DNA of 64,000 nucleotides, from assembly GCF_009834535.1 (NCBI RefSeq), contig NC_045696.1, positions 16,370,001-16,434,000 on the forward strand. The letters run 5' to 3'. The translations under genes and the position numbers were made by a program. Source of the stretch: Camelus ferus. Lineage: Eukaryota. A model generated the notes under the pieces. The model searched no databases, was not told the DNA's origin, and saw nothing but the letters and a program-made list of their open reading frames with translations. Shown here in pieces: positions 1-13,508 of this stretch (its first letter is position 1; each line of letters starts with the position of its first letter).

Positions 1-829
1 CTGGATTTATACTTACTCTGGAAAACAGACTTTATTTACCTCTACGCATGGCCAATTCCAAAAGTAGGGAAAAAAAGATACCTTTCTGGGCTGGCAGACT
101 GTGAAGCTTTTATTGTAAAACTGCACTGCCCATTTGCACACATTTGACAAAGTGCTGTTACAAAAGAAACAACTATTTTCAAAAGTACCAGTAATATAAC
201 CTACCACATTTAGCAGACTTTTATTATAAAAGTCACTCATTTTAACCCAAAATCCATTAATGAAAAGACTACATGTAAGAAATTATGCCACCTTTCCTTA
301 ATTCTAGAACAACTGAAGTATAATGGTTATGCTCACCTTCCCAGTAAGAGATGTAACATAGTCTTGTGTCTCCTTTTTTGACAATTACATTAATACAGAA
401 TTTAGATCTCAACCCACAAACCACCAACTGCTTGTCATCCGGTAAAAATGCTGCAGGCATTTCAATTTCTTAGGAAAATTTCTACATAATATGTAAGGCT
501 GTTACAGACACTTGGGAAAAAGGGAAAATGAAGAAGGAAAGTGGTTTCATATTTCTAGGAGGAGAATGGAATTGGTATAATCTTGTTTTTTGGTAAGATG
601 TTATAAAAAACACACACACCTAAGTTTTAATTTTGATTAACACAAGTTTACTTAATCCTTCCTTCAATCTAGCAGATGTATCATACGACAGCATGTAACA
701 GCACTCACTGCAACTGTCCCCTCTAAAATGAAGAAAGTAGAAAGGTCCACAATACCTATGTTTTCATGAACATGATTTCTTCCCTCTTTTTTAAAAAAAA
801 CCTGTATTTTTAAAAACCTTTTAAATTGC

Positions 830-2270
830 AAAATCACAAACAGAAAGGACATAAAGTGAACAGCTCAGTGATTTATTACAAAGTGAATATTCACCTGTTA
901 ACTATGACTGAGGTCAGGAAACAGAACACTGCCAGCACCCCAGAACCCCTCCACGGCCCCTCCCAATCATCACCCCTCCCTTGCTCTAAAACGTTAACAC
1001 GATCCTTTCATGATAATGAGTTCATTGCTCTTTTTCATACTCTTATCACCCAAATATGCATCCATAAATGCTGTAATCTAGTCTTCTTGGTTTTTTAACT
1101 CCACTATATAAATGCATTCATACAGTTACACTCTTTTGTCTCTGGAATTTTTCACTGAACATTATGATTGTGAGGTTCACCCACATAAGTCCACGTTCAT
1201 GGGTACACTGTATTCTCCTGTATAGCACAGTTTATTTATTCACTCTACTCTTGATAGACATTTGGGTAGTTTCCACTTTGGGGATGTTACAGATAATGCT
1301 GCTATGAGCATGCATGTGGACATATGTGTACATTTTTGTTTGCTAACACTCAGAAGAGAAAAACCTGGATTACTGGTCACAGATTACATTCCTATCAAAA
1401 GTGTAGAAGCATTCGAACTGCTCCATGTCACCAACACTTGGTACCGGCAATTACTTTGATTTTAGCCATTCTGGGATGTGTACTGTGCCATTACATTGTG
1501 GTTTTAAAATTCATTTCCCTGATCACTAATGAGATTGTGCACTAGTGCATATATCCACTGGTCATTTAGATGATCTCTAAAATTGTCTACTAAGTGTCTC
1601 TTGCCCATCTTTTCTAATTCTCCTACGGCTCTGTAAGAGTTCTTTAGATATCCCAGATCAGTCTTACGTCCGGTATGTATGGCTTGCCTTTCAATCTCTT
1701 GATGGCTGCTTCTGATGACCAGAAGTTTTTAATTTAAATGTAGTCCAGTTTATTTATCTTTTCCATTAGGTTAGTGCTTTTGCTTCAGTTTAAAGTCTTC
1801 TTCTCACCTACCAAAGTCATGCAGGTATCTCTAGAAGATTTCCTGTTACCACTTTTCACATAAGCTACATGGGACGATTCTTAGTATGCTATGAGGAAGG
1901 GGTCAATATGGACAGTCAACTGTCCCAGCACTACTGATTGAAAAGTAGGTCTTCTCCCCACTGCCATCTTTAAGTCAAATGTCCCTATATTCTTGGTTCT
2001 ATTTGGACTATCTAATCTGTGGTCTATTTGTCCATCCTAAGCAAATAGCACACTGTCTTACTGTAGTAGCTTTACAGTGAGTTTCAATATCCTGTAAAGC
2101 AAGTCTTCCCACTTTATCTTCTTCAGGTGTCCTGGTTATTGTGATACTTTATATTCCTCTATAAATTTTATAATTATCTTGTCAAGTTCTATGAAAAAAC
2201 TTATTCAGGAACTTACTGCACTGAAATTTAGGCCAATCTAGGGAAAAGTGACATCTTAATTATTAACTCT
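830..2270 (-). mobile_element. Old LINE-1 (L1M-type) 3' fragment
   Basis: Antisense L1 hallmarks: gacatttgggtagtttccac, aatgctgctatgagcat, tcattgtggttttaa-like catttccctgat, cccagcactactgattgaa; boundaries approximate. Confidence 0.7.
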
Positions 2271-3394
2271 AATAATTCATCTGTAATTTTGAGGGGGCTT
2301 GAATGTACACAATTACATCAACTGTCAAAAACGACAGTTTTAATTCTGATTATATTGAAAGGATCTTTAGACAGCTGGCAAAGTGTTTGAGATTGAATAA
2401 GTGATAAGCACATTGAAAATAAAGCATTAGTTATTTATGTATGCTAAGAAAAACACATGGTCACTCTGGAAAAGGAAAATGATCATGATAAACTGTTATC
2501 GTACTTACACGGCCATGATCCTGTAACAGTGAACACTGTTCTAACCAACACTTCTGCATAACTATATAATTATATAATTAAACTGGGATGAAGAGATGGA
2601 AAGTGTGTTTGTGTGTGTCATGATGAGAGGTAAATCATGATCTCTCAGTGTGAAATTCACAATGAATTTCCTCAAGTGAAACACGAGGCAGCAGTAAAAG
2701 CATGTTATTTAGAAATACAGTACAGAACTGTCTTATGAAATCTTATCAAACTCTTCCAAAAAAAATAGACACAATTCCTATATATTCTACTTCTCAGAAG
2801 CTTAAGTGCACATACTGAATTTCCATCACTATAGTAGGCATAACTTCTGACAGTAATTATGTCAAAAAATTTCACACCACTATGAGAAATTACCAATAAT
2901 TATTCTATTCCAACTCAACCGATATAAAGGTTGGATATTCAAATTTAGGCAGATTGTAGAAGAAGAAAAAACAGGGAAATGGGTTAATATTTTGCAATTA
3001 TAAAAACTGACAAAATCTGTGTATTTGCTAGAATTTACACTCACTCAATTCACCTGTGCCAAATGACAGCATTTCTGTTACGTACATAACACAAACCTCA
3101 AAGATTAAATATGTTGGCTTTAAACATGGTAGTATAAGCTTTTAAATCAGATAAAAACAAGTAATCTTAGAATCATTAAAAAGATTTTGTGTACCTCAAA
3201 TTACTACTAAAAATCTTTTGAAGAAGTAATTTTTAACATAAGTGTAAAAAATTTTAGCAAAAAAAATGTTGGAAACAACATTTATAAACAAGTCAAATAT
3301 TTTAACATCATTCCAGAACAACGATTATGCTTAGAAAAAGAAGCCATTTTAACGAACGTATGATACTTGAAAAAAGAAAGTAATAAATGCTTAC

Positions 3395-3587
3395 CTTAAC
3401 GCACGACTAAGTTTCTCATAGTTCATTGTAGGTTTATTTTTACGTTGTCCCCATTTTTGTGCAACCAGTTCAGGCTGATTTAGCTTAAATTCTCCTTCAT
3501 CACCAACCCAAGAAATGCAGTCTCGAGCATCCTTGTCAGTAAGAAGTTCTAGCAAAAACTGCCACAGCTGGATTTGGCCGTTGTTCC
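3395..3587 (-). CDS. GABPA: GABPA coding exon 9 (most of ETS domain)
   Basis: Translates (G)[63 protein letters not shown](R); acceptor tgtttag, donor gtaagc; 193 nt. The final exon (YYYDGDMICK...) was not found in 1-3394 and is presumably left of the window. Confidence 0.97.
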
Positions 3588-3817
3588 CTAAACAATTGAC
3601 AAGAATGACAGGTACTGACCACAGTGCTATGGATGAACAGAAGGTCAAAGGCAAACACAGGGTCTCTGGGTCATCTCTCAGCCACACTCAAAACACAGAT
3701 GTTTGTTACAAATGCCATGTAAGCACTGCCAGAGTAACAGTCCATATTTACATTTTTTTATGCAGCAAAATAAAACAAAACATATGTAACAAATATCAGA
3801 TGATAATGCACAAATAC

Positions 3818-3958
3818 CTGTCCTGTTCCCAGGAGAACTTCGATCTTCCCCTGAAATCCTTGGAGCTCTCTGTACTTTAGCTGCCTTTGCACTACTGTTT
3901 ATAGCTTTAATGGCAGTTGGTGTAGCCGACTGCACTGATGCTGGAATAATTTGCACAG
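3818..3958 (-). CDS. GABPA: GABPA coding exon 8
   Basis: (P)VQIIPASVQSATPTAIKAINSSAKAAKVQRAPRISGEDRSSPGNRT; ctttgcag / gtattt; 141 nt, phase 1-1. Confidence 0.96.
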
Positions 3959-4249
3959 CTGCAAAGAAAGACAAGGGAAAAAAATCATTTTTTCTCCTTC
4001 CAATACAAGCAGTGAAAAGAAATTGCTGAAAGAAATAAAACACAATTAGTTTAACTAATGCCCTTCTAATTACCTCAACAAAAGTTTAGGGGATAAGGTA
4101 TAATGTTTGCATTACAGTTTATGAACCTTAACTCAGTGAATAAAAGGTGGTCTCCTTATTTTAGAAAAACTTAGTGATGAATATATATTTGATAAAGTTA
4201 TAAAAACATTTATTTTTAAAAAATACTTGTTCATAAAAAATGGTCTATC

Positions 4250-4780
4250 AAATTTTGGAGAATGTGGACAAATGAGAATTCATATTCCACTGTTGATAAG
4301 AGTACAAATACACCACTTGAGAAAAACTTTGGTAATATCTAGTAAGGTCGAAAGGGTAGAAACTCTATGATATTACAACCAGAGAATCTTACACACATTC
4401 TTACAAGTACTCATTTAATGACATTCACAAAGTTTTAAGAATAGTATACACAGCAGTAAAAATGAATAGAATCGAGCTGTATGTATTAACATGGGTCTCA
4501 TAAATGTTAAACAAAAAAGCAAGTTATAAAAGGATATGCAATTATTATTTTACCCCAAAAATATAAAAATATGTTAAACAATGCTATAAAGTGTTCATGG
4601 TTACACAGTTGGTAAAAATATAAAATATGCACAGAATAATAAACATCAAGTTCAGGACATTTAAAATGGATCTACAACAGGAAGATATATAAAGTTTTCT
4701 CTCTTATAGTGTACATAGATGTTGGCTATACTTTATTTCTTTGTGTATCTAAAGTACTTCATATAAAATTTAAAAATCTT
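4250..4780 (+). mobile_element. Degraded L1M 3' fragment
   Basis: gagaatgtgga-like start, cattccactgttgat, acagcagtaaaaatgaa, aaaaaagcaagtta; approximate. Confidence 0.45.
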
Positions 4781-4869
4781 TTTTTTTTTTTACTATCTTG
4801 CAGTACTAAATAAAGAAAACATTTCTTGTTGATAAAAGAGCCATATATTATGGGCACAAGAATACTCAC

Positions 4870-4923
4870 GTTGATCAATTGTAACTATCTCATTCATCTG
4901 TTGTTCTTGGCTTGCCAATACAT
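4870..4923 (-). CDS. GABPA: GABPA coding exon 7
   Basis: (Y)VLASQEQQMNEIVTIDQ; ttcttcag / gtgagt; 54 nt. Confidence 0.95.
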
Positions 4924-7900
4924 CTGAAGAACAAACATAAAAACTTTTATTTTCATTTAAAACCAGAAATGCAAACCCCAATCCAGTAAAATTTAACTTA
5001 ATAAAAGAAATATCACAATTAAAAACCAAACAAATAAAAAAACCCAAAATATCAAACAATTGAAACTTATTGGCATAATAACCTAAAAAATACTTGATAG
5101 TCATTTTATACAGAAAAGATATTTTTAAGAGAAGTAACAGAGGGAAAGCTCCAATTTCTTTTAAGGTTCAGGAAAGTTATTCAAAGAACTAAATGTAAAT
5201 ATCTATATCTAAATCTATTTTTTATCTACACAAAATCATGTAAAACAGGAAACCTTCAAGATCAGATCAAAGATGAGAATATACACCACACTGAAATTAT
5301 TTAGATATACATTCTTCATCAAAAAGTCTCCCTCAAAATGATTGGAGAGATCATCATAATTTACTGATCTAACATGTTTTTGAATAAAACTGTTTGAACT
5401 TTATAATGCTTCTTCTAAAAGATAGCTAAATTTTCATTAAAACTAGCTGTCCTCAATGTCACATCTGAACTAAATAAGTTAACAAGTCTACAAATACAGC
5501 TCTCAGCATAAGAGTTACAGTGTAAAAGGCCCTAACAACTCTTCGGAGAACCTTTCATTACTCATCTGTTGCTGTTCCCTACTCTTTACCTCTTGGACAA
5601 GTTACACTTCCCAGTCTATATCCTTCAGTCTGTTTAGTGCCCATCACAGACTGGATGCTTCTCTCTTGAACTGAAACTGTACCCAGCAGTCATCTGTGTA
5701 CTGAGTGAGTCCTGGGGCCTGGGCTCCCACCACAGTTCTACCTGGGGGTCTTGAGTTTAGGAATTTAAACAACTGTATAGGACTACCCTCAGACAGATCT
5801 GGGTTATGATCTTAGCACTCACTGGCTGTGCTGACTAAGGAAAACTATTCAACCAACTTGAACACTGATTTCCTCATTTTTAAATGAGATACCCTCATCT
5901 ACCACTTCACGAGATTGTTGTGAGGATTAAAGGAAAATGTTTTTAAGAGGCACAATGCCTAAAACACAGTTAACTTTCCAGTATATTAAAGACACTACTC
6001 TTTTACCCAGATTCCTAGTTCTGAGCAGTCTTCCCAAGAATACTTCTCCCTCTTGAAGAAAAATCCATGCTTTATATTTGTGACACATTTCTCCCAAAAT
6101 TTTATAAGAGTGTCCTGAAGAGGCAAAGTGCTATTGAAAATGAAACTGTTCCATTCGTGACTGTAAATGAACACAGTGCCCTAGCCAAAAAAGAGGCAAG
6201 AGCAAGTCCTCACCACACAGCACAGGTGTTACCAACCTGTAAGATCAGCTTCTCAGCCCTGATTTTCAGAATGGAGTTTGGTTTGTTTCCTGGGAACTCT
6301 CCAGATGGAAGGCAGAACACAGAATGAGAGGGCTTTTTGAAAGGTTGGCCCAAGACCATATAGGCCCCTCTAAACATCATGCTCCTTTGTAGCCCTCACA
6401 GCCCAGCCACGCACAAGGGCAGCAGAACCCAAGAGGCAAAGCCCTGGGAGATACCTAGAGATAGAGCACTATCTGCTTAGGACTGCTTCTCCCTGCTAGA
6501 TCACTGAGGAACAGACAACAGATGCTGGCTTAATAAATGACTTTCAGAAATATGTTGTAGACTTCATTCTACAAGAGGGGCCAGAGACGCAGACTGTGCT
6601 CATAGGAGCCTGTCTGAGAAAGTTAAGACTTGAGAATTAGAGAAAGTCTGTCAGAAACAGCCTTACACACCAGCCTACCCGCTCCCAAAGTCTGAACTGA
6701 GCACTGGATTCCCACACCAGATGGGACTTCCTTGCCAGGCAGAGCAAAGACCCACGGTCAGATAAGCAAGGAGCTCCCGGAGATACTCATCTAGCTCTGG
6801 GGCTTTGTTACTTCTGAACACAAGACAATTCCAGGGCAGAGCATTCTTGAAGAAGACCCATTCTACTGCAAGGACGTGGAACGATACACAAGGTTCCTCC
6901 ACCCCCTGTGCAGGAAAGGTCTCTGAATGAGTTTTAACGCTTGAGAAGCACCAGGAGAACCAGAAAGAGACAACCGACAAACTGCTGGCCTGGGAGAGAC
7001 AGAGAATACCATGGATTTGAGAAAAACTGAACTGTAGTCTAAACACTGTCCTTGTTCTATTCTTGAGAGTTCCTATAAGAAAATGTTTCAGTAAACGTGA
7101 CTGATGTTAAGAATCTGAAACAATTCAGTTTACATTCCTCATCTGAGAAGTTCTGCAGAGAAGAAAACCTGTGAAGCCAAGGACAAACCAACCTTCAACC
7201 ACAACATTCAACCTGCTATCTAACAGGAACTGAAACTGGAAATAAACCCTGTAAATGGAATGATTGTAATAATTTTTTCAGATACTTCTTCCCTCCTAAT
7301 ATTTCAGAGAACCAACACAAGAGAGATACTACCAATAAAAACATGAAGTAAAGCCTCTCCACAGAGCTCATTTCTTACTCAACAGCAGAGAATGCACCCT
7401 GGATCAACGACTGTGAAAAATCCCTCCACCAGAGCTGTCCCCTCATCGGTACACAGCAGAGAAAACGCTACCAGTTACATCTTTATCCATAACCATTAGA
7501 AGAACAGTGTCCTGTTTACACTTTCTTAAAAACATGCGAACTTGGCTAGCACAGCTGATTTATGTAATAGTGTTAGGAAGTGGGTCACTGCTAGGATACT
7601 TTAACAGTCATTGAAATTTAAGACAGATTAAAACTCAAAGAAAATAACTTATATTTGAACTCTTTCTGTTGGACAGTCAAGTGGTTTCTAATTTCTCTAG
7701 TCACTTAATCATTTTAAGAATGTCTGTGGAGCAACACGGGAACATGATAACCTCCAATTCAAGATGGTCGGCTGCATACTTACACTTTCCCCTTTTCCCT
7801 TAAGATCCATTCAATTAAAAGATATTTTAAAAGAATTAACCCCAGTAATGAAGACAATGAGAGGGAAGCCATCCGTGAATAGATAATCTTAAATTTCTAG

Positions 7901-7989
7901 AAGATGAGCATAAATGGAAGAACTGGCTGATGAAACAAAAGTCAACAAGCAGAGTATAAGTGCAGGGGCACAGAATCTTACTTAAGAAC

Positions 7990-8200
7990 TCGGATTCCAG
8001 TGTTGGTCAGCTTGGGTTTGAATCCCGGCTCTGCCACTCCCTAGTCCTATAACACTGTGAGGGCTTTCTAAGCCTCAGTTTCTTATCTAAAAAAATAAGG
8101 GAAGTAATGCTCTGTGGCATTAGTACAGGACTAAATAATACATACAAAGCTCTCAGCACAGCCTCACACAGTCAATACATGTTAGTTATTATTGCTATTA
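7990..8200. mobile_element. MIR SINE
   Basis: gggtttgaatcccggctctgccact...aagcctcagtttcttatct core. Confidence 0.7.
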
Positions 8201-8287
8201 TCAATGAACAAGATGAAAACAAAGTTATAAAGAAATTCAATTACACTTAAGTTACAATGCAAATAGATAATAATTTCAATTTTGTAC

Positions 8288-8482
8288 ATTTTCGAAGAAG
8301 TTCCAGATGACTCCAGAGAATTTCTCCCCGAGGGACCCGCTGAAAAAAATCTTCTTGGTTGAGGCTACATAGTTCTCTTCCAGAAATATTCAGCGTAGCG
8401 AGGTCGATGTCAGTCATGCTGAATTCCTTCATTACCCAAACCACCCAATGCAGGACTTGGTCTGTGGACCACTGTATGGGAT
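8288..8482 (-). CDS. GABPA: GABPA coding exon 6 (PNT/SAM domain)
   Basis: (D)PIQWSTDQVLHWVVWVMKEFSMTDIDLATLNISGRELCSLNQEDFFQRVPRGEILWSHLELLRK; ctttatag / gtacaa; 195 nt. Confidence 0.96.
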
Positions 8483-10207
8483 CTATAAAGAGAAAAATAC
8501 TATGATTGGTCCAATTGCATCTTAAATATTATATAAACTTACAGTTGTCAACACACACACATAGATAAAACCCAACAGGTTTTTTTAACTCCCAAGTAAG
8601 TGAAGTAAATAAATTCATTATATGAACTAAAAAGATTTTTATGCTCTATTTTCTCCTTAGCTCCTTTTCAATTTCTTAATCTAAATTTTTGATGGATTCA
8701 TTTGTTTCTATCAGTTAGTCTAGAATTTTATCAAGAAAAACAAAATGCAAAACTGCCCTCCAGTGGGCCAAATGCAAGAATAAAATACATAATTAATCCT
8801 AGAGAAAATGGAATAAGTTATTCAAGTTTTAAAAATTATTTTGTGGTACTGTATATATGATGCACTGAAAAAAACTATAAGGGGTTTCTGAGGAGCTAGA
8901 CTTATTCCAGAATATAAACAATGTAACCTTTCCTCACTTCTGCTTCTTATAAAAAGCTAGTTGCTCCTTCACTTACCCGTTTGGTGGTACTTACAATAAG
9001 CTAATCGTACATTTACTCAACTGTCTTTCCCCTATAAAATCTTTAGGTCTTAAATACAAGGACTGTGTCTTATAAGCCTGTGGATTATAAGGACTGTTTT
9101 AAATATGAGGATTGTATCTTCAGAGCTTACCACAGTGCATACATTTGTTGAATATATAAAAGATGAATCCAAATAGTTTCATTTTCTTCATTATTTTTTT
9201 TACTATCAAATGAATTCACAAACGAAAAAGATGGCCAACATGTATAAATATTATTGTGTCCCTGGAACCTAAGAGTGCATTCTACTCACAGAACTTTAAT
9301 AAATACTAACTGAATTCATTTTGGTATAGGTACTTCTGCTTGGAGAAGATAATCTGTCCAAATAACTGGTTATACACTCCCAAGATACATGTTATTCAGT
9401 AAGAAAACAGGTGGGAAAAATAACTTTCAGGTACTTATCAAGAGCCAATTTACAGGAAAAATGAATCAAATATAAGAAGACAGAATTGACAGCCACAGAA
9501 CTGATTTTTTTATTTGATTTTTTTTCACAAAGAAGTTAAGGGGGGAGGATTCTGAAGATGGCAGCAATTTTTTTTTAATTTCCCTGAATGCACACATTAA
9601 AAAAAACAAAACACTAACAACAACTAGAGAGCAAAACCAGAAATCCATGGACATTTACAATAAATCAGGTGATGTGGGATCTCCATGGAACCCAAAATAC
9701 ACACAGGTAAAGACACAGCAGTAACAGCCACAAGAGCTGTGAGTATCAGCATCTAAACAGGAGAGAGCGAAGAGGAAAACAAAGGGACATCTGACGCATT
9801 CTCCATCCTGGGCCTGGGAAACCTCAACACAGCCAGGAAGTATTGCTTGAAAGCACAACAGGCCAAGCTGAAAGGAGCAGCTCAAAGTAGGTTAGCCCAA
9901 CACAGCAGCAGTGGAGTACTGAGTCCATAGTAGCTGTAAAGGGGCTGGAACCATGTACTTGTGAGCTTTTCAAACTAAGCCAAGATCACTTCCAGGAGAG
10001 GGGAACACAATTAGCAGAAACTGGTGGGAGGGAAATCGAAGTTGAGCAGTATAGGAACACCTGGGAAAGGGACAGGGAAAGAGGAGGTCCAGATACAAGT
10101 GGAGTAAGGGACAGGCAGGAACCGAGAAAGCAAGAGGCTCTACTTTTTAATACAAGTCAGAAACAGCAGAAGGAGTTCTGGAAAGTTAGAAAAGCGTCTA
10201 TCCGGCA

Positions 10208-10372
10208 GGGAGGGTAGAGCTCAAGTGGTAGAGCAATGCTTAACATGCACAAGGTCCTGTGTTCAATCCCCAGTACCTCCTCTAAAAATAAACCTAATTA
10301 CCTCCTCCCCACAAAATAAACAAATTAAAAACTTATAAAAAGAAATTAAAGAAAAAAAAAAAAGAAAAAAAA
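10208..10372 (+). mobile_element. tRNA(Ala)-derived SINE with A-rich tail (Vic-1-like, camelid type)
   Basis: A box (agctcaagtgg), B box (gttcaatcc), ccccagtacctcc, body aataaacctaattacctcc, poly(A); degenerate TSD aaagcgtctatcc / aaagctacctatcc. Confidence 0.8.
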
Positions 10373-11167
10373 GCAAAGCTACCTATCCTGAACCACACTT
10401 CAAAGTTCAAGTCAGTGCGTTTATTTACATAAACAAAGAAGTATCAAGATCAAAAAGTTAGGGGAAAATAGTACTCATCTGTTTACTTTCTTACGTAGTA
10501 TCAGGAGTTCTGGTTTAACGTAACTAATTGCCATGCATGTTGTCCCTGACTCTTTGCTCTAAGTCCCTAGTAAAATGACAGTAAAGACATTTCTGAAAAA
10601 TGTAAACTCATAGGAACATGAGTGGGAAATGACAGAAATGGATGAGACGGCAAGCAGCTTTTTGGAAGACAATAAGCAAAGTAAAAAAATCAAGTGGAAT
10701 AAAAGCAGCTATGACCTAATAGCCATCACGGAGGAAACCAGTAAGGAGCGAGAGCGTTCCTGCCTCTGGAGCTTCTACTGACTCAGGTCACGGTGGTTCC
10801 AGGTTGTAGGAGGTTTAAGTGGAGAACGAGACTAATTTAAAGTCTACAGTGTGGTTAGAAACCCCAGGGCCTCTCCTTCATTCTCAGGAGCCAACTGAAT
10901 GGAAGCATCCCCTACATGTGGACACTAGGAACACATCAGATCAGGGAGGATATGAAGCAGATACTGAAATAATTTCTTAATACATTTGTATTTCCAGCAC
11001 CATTATGTGTTACAGTCCAAAAAAAAAAAAAAAAAAGATACATGAAAAATTAACATATTTCCTAAAAATTCTACATTTAAAAGAGATAACTCACTCACCC
11101 TAGTGTCTTCTATGTGAAGCTTAATTCTGTTTATCCTACCTAACATCATTATTTTGCATTTGATTAC

Positions 11168-11413
11168 CGTAGGGTATCCCAAGACGCTCCTGCTCTTTCC
11201 TGTAACCTTCCAGGGCGGCAGCCCATCTCGTCACCTGTTCTGAGGTTTCATCGGAAATGGTTGTAATGTGCTTTGTGCCATCAAGAGTTATCACTTGAGC
11301 TTCCTCAACAAGATGTGCTTCTGCTTCAGCATGGTGGGCATCTGGATCAATAACCACTTCAACTGTTTCCGCAGGTTTAACAATTTCCAGGATGTTTAGC
11401 TTTGGTTCAATTC
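11168..11413 (-). CDS. GABPA: GABPA coding exon 5
   Basis: (G)IEPKLNILEIVKPAETVEVVIDPDAHHAEAEAHL...ERLGIPY; ctgttaag / gtaatc; 246 nt. Confidence 0.96.
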
Positions 11414-13423
11414 CTTAACAGTGATTTACCAAAAGGATAAGAAAAGCAAAAACATGAAAGTCACTAACAAATTAAAATTTAGTTTACTTTATATGTTCTC
11501 TAATGGTAGAGCAAAACTCAATTTTAAATATTTTTTAGCATTATGTCTAGAGAACTTAACAAATTTCTATTAAATGATAAAAACAAAAATTCAACAGAAC
11601 TTTGGTAGATTAAAAAAATTACTGTATCAATATTAATTTCCTGATTTTGATAACTGAACTGTGGTCATGTAAAAAGAATTCTTGTTTTTGGAAAACACAC
11701 ATACTAATGTATTTAAAGATAGAAAGGAATCATGTCTACATCTTACTCTTAAACAGGTCAAAAACAATGTGGGGATGAGGGAGAGAGAGAATAAAACAAA
11801 AGTAATAAAATTTTACATTTGTAGAATCTGGGTAAAGAATATCCAGGAATTTTTACTACACTTGCAACTTTTCCACAAGTCTAAAATAATTTAAGACCAC
11901 CACCACCACCACCACCCCCTCCCACCCTCACACATACACCCTACGTACAAATATTTAACTAAACTAGGGAGAGTACAAATGAGTAGCTATCCATCCTCAG
12001 AACTTTAAGTCTTTCTAAGCAAATTGTTTACTGACTGCTTTTAGAAGACAAAGTATATGTTTTAAAAATAAACAGACACTGAGTGTGTTAAATTCACATC
12101 ATTAAATTCTGATTTTCATTTTCAACTGAATAAAGAAAAACCTAAATACTTAAGATATTCAAAACGTAACAGCCCTTTATGAAATAATCTCAGATACTTA
12201 TGTTAAATGACAGCTCTAAGGAACTATCAGACTACTTAACAGCTACTGTTTACTGTTCAGTTACAATCTATATCAAAATTCAATCAAAGTACATTTGAAA
12301 GAAAAAACAAAACTCAATTTCAGTATCGTGAAATTCTATCGTGAAACCAATTCAATCATGAAAACCAGTATTATAAGAAAATACACTGCTATCACCCATT
12401 AGGTGGTATAAACAGAAGTCACTTTTTCAAATATACATGAGAAGAAAATCATAATTTTTGAAAAGAATTTTTCCTTAAATTTATCCCCTAATCTTCCATT
12501 CAAATTTTATGAAGTCAACTTCTTAAACACGCCTGCACTGAGAGATAACCATGCTTTTAAAAATAAAAACAAAAACTGATTTTCTTTTCTATTCCCAACA
12601 ATAGTAAATCCTGGAGAAATTAAGGATCAGAAGTAAGTAATTACCATTTTTATAATCTGAAGAAAACTTTGGATTGTGAAACAGAATTGTAAGCAATAAA
12701 ACATGTTCAAAGATTAAAATTAGTCTAAAACTCTGGTTAGAAAACCCAACAGGCCACATTTAAAAAGACTAAGATTCAACCCACCAAAATTTTCCTAATT
12801 TTCTAACTTGTGTACTTAACACAGATTAATAAAATACTGTGATGGATCTGGCTGACTGGGTCACCCACATTCTTTGCAAATTCCTCTGTCTGTGTTAAGC
12901 TGTAGAGACTAGGTTCCCTTGCAGCTAGGGTTTCCAGGTGTGATTTAGGTTCTAGAATCACGAGCATGAGCCTTCTATTTGGAAATGAGTAGAGGAGACA
13001 AGCATGCACATGGCATCCACGTTTTGGCTGATGTGGATCACTGAAAAGGCAGCATGGTTCCAGGTTGACAGCTACAGTGGCGGCTTTCAGATCCGGCATT
13101 TTCCACATCCTGGCAGAGCAGCAGCTTCCTTGGCAGTGCAGTTCTGTGGTGGGGCTGCGGCATTCTTAGAAAGTCCCCCAGACCTGTTCTTCTAGTCCTC
13201 CCTGTGGTCCTGCTATTTACTACCCTACAATATATCCTTTCCTGATAAAGAAGGGACAATGTGTTATACTATCTGTTTCACCCCAACAGGTAAAACAATT
13301 AAATCAAAAATATGAATATTTGGCTATAACATTACATTAAGTAATTGACAACCATCTAAAACTGAGTTCCCGTATTAGAAAAACATGAGCTGAAATTTTT
13401 AAATAACATTAAAAGTAACTTAC

Positions 13424-13508
13424 CTTGGTAAGAAATTACCTGTACACTAAGCTGTACAGTTCCATCTGTTTTTACTCCTTGGTCAAATAAACTTCGTTCT
13501 GGATCCAG
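13424..13508 (-). CDS. GABPA: GABPA coding exon 4 (OST domain part)
   Basis: LDPERSLFDQGVKTDGTVQLSVQVISYQ read manually (too short for the ORF track); catcttcag / gtaagt; 85 nt. Confidence 0.95.

Noticed and set aside
1..3394. GABPA final exon (YYYDGDMICK...)
   Set aside because: No such coding sequence seen; the region is intron 9 with an old L1.
6300..7560. GC-richer purine-skewed block with a 123-aa ORF (similar block at 9530-10950)
   Set aside because: Looks like decayed ancient L1 5' sequence; no splice or protein evidence, and I cannot assign a family without a search.
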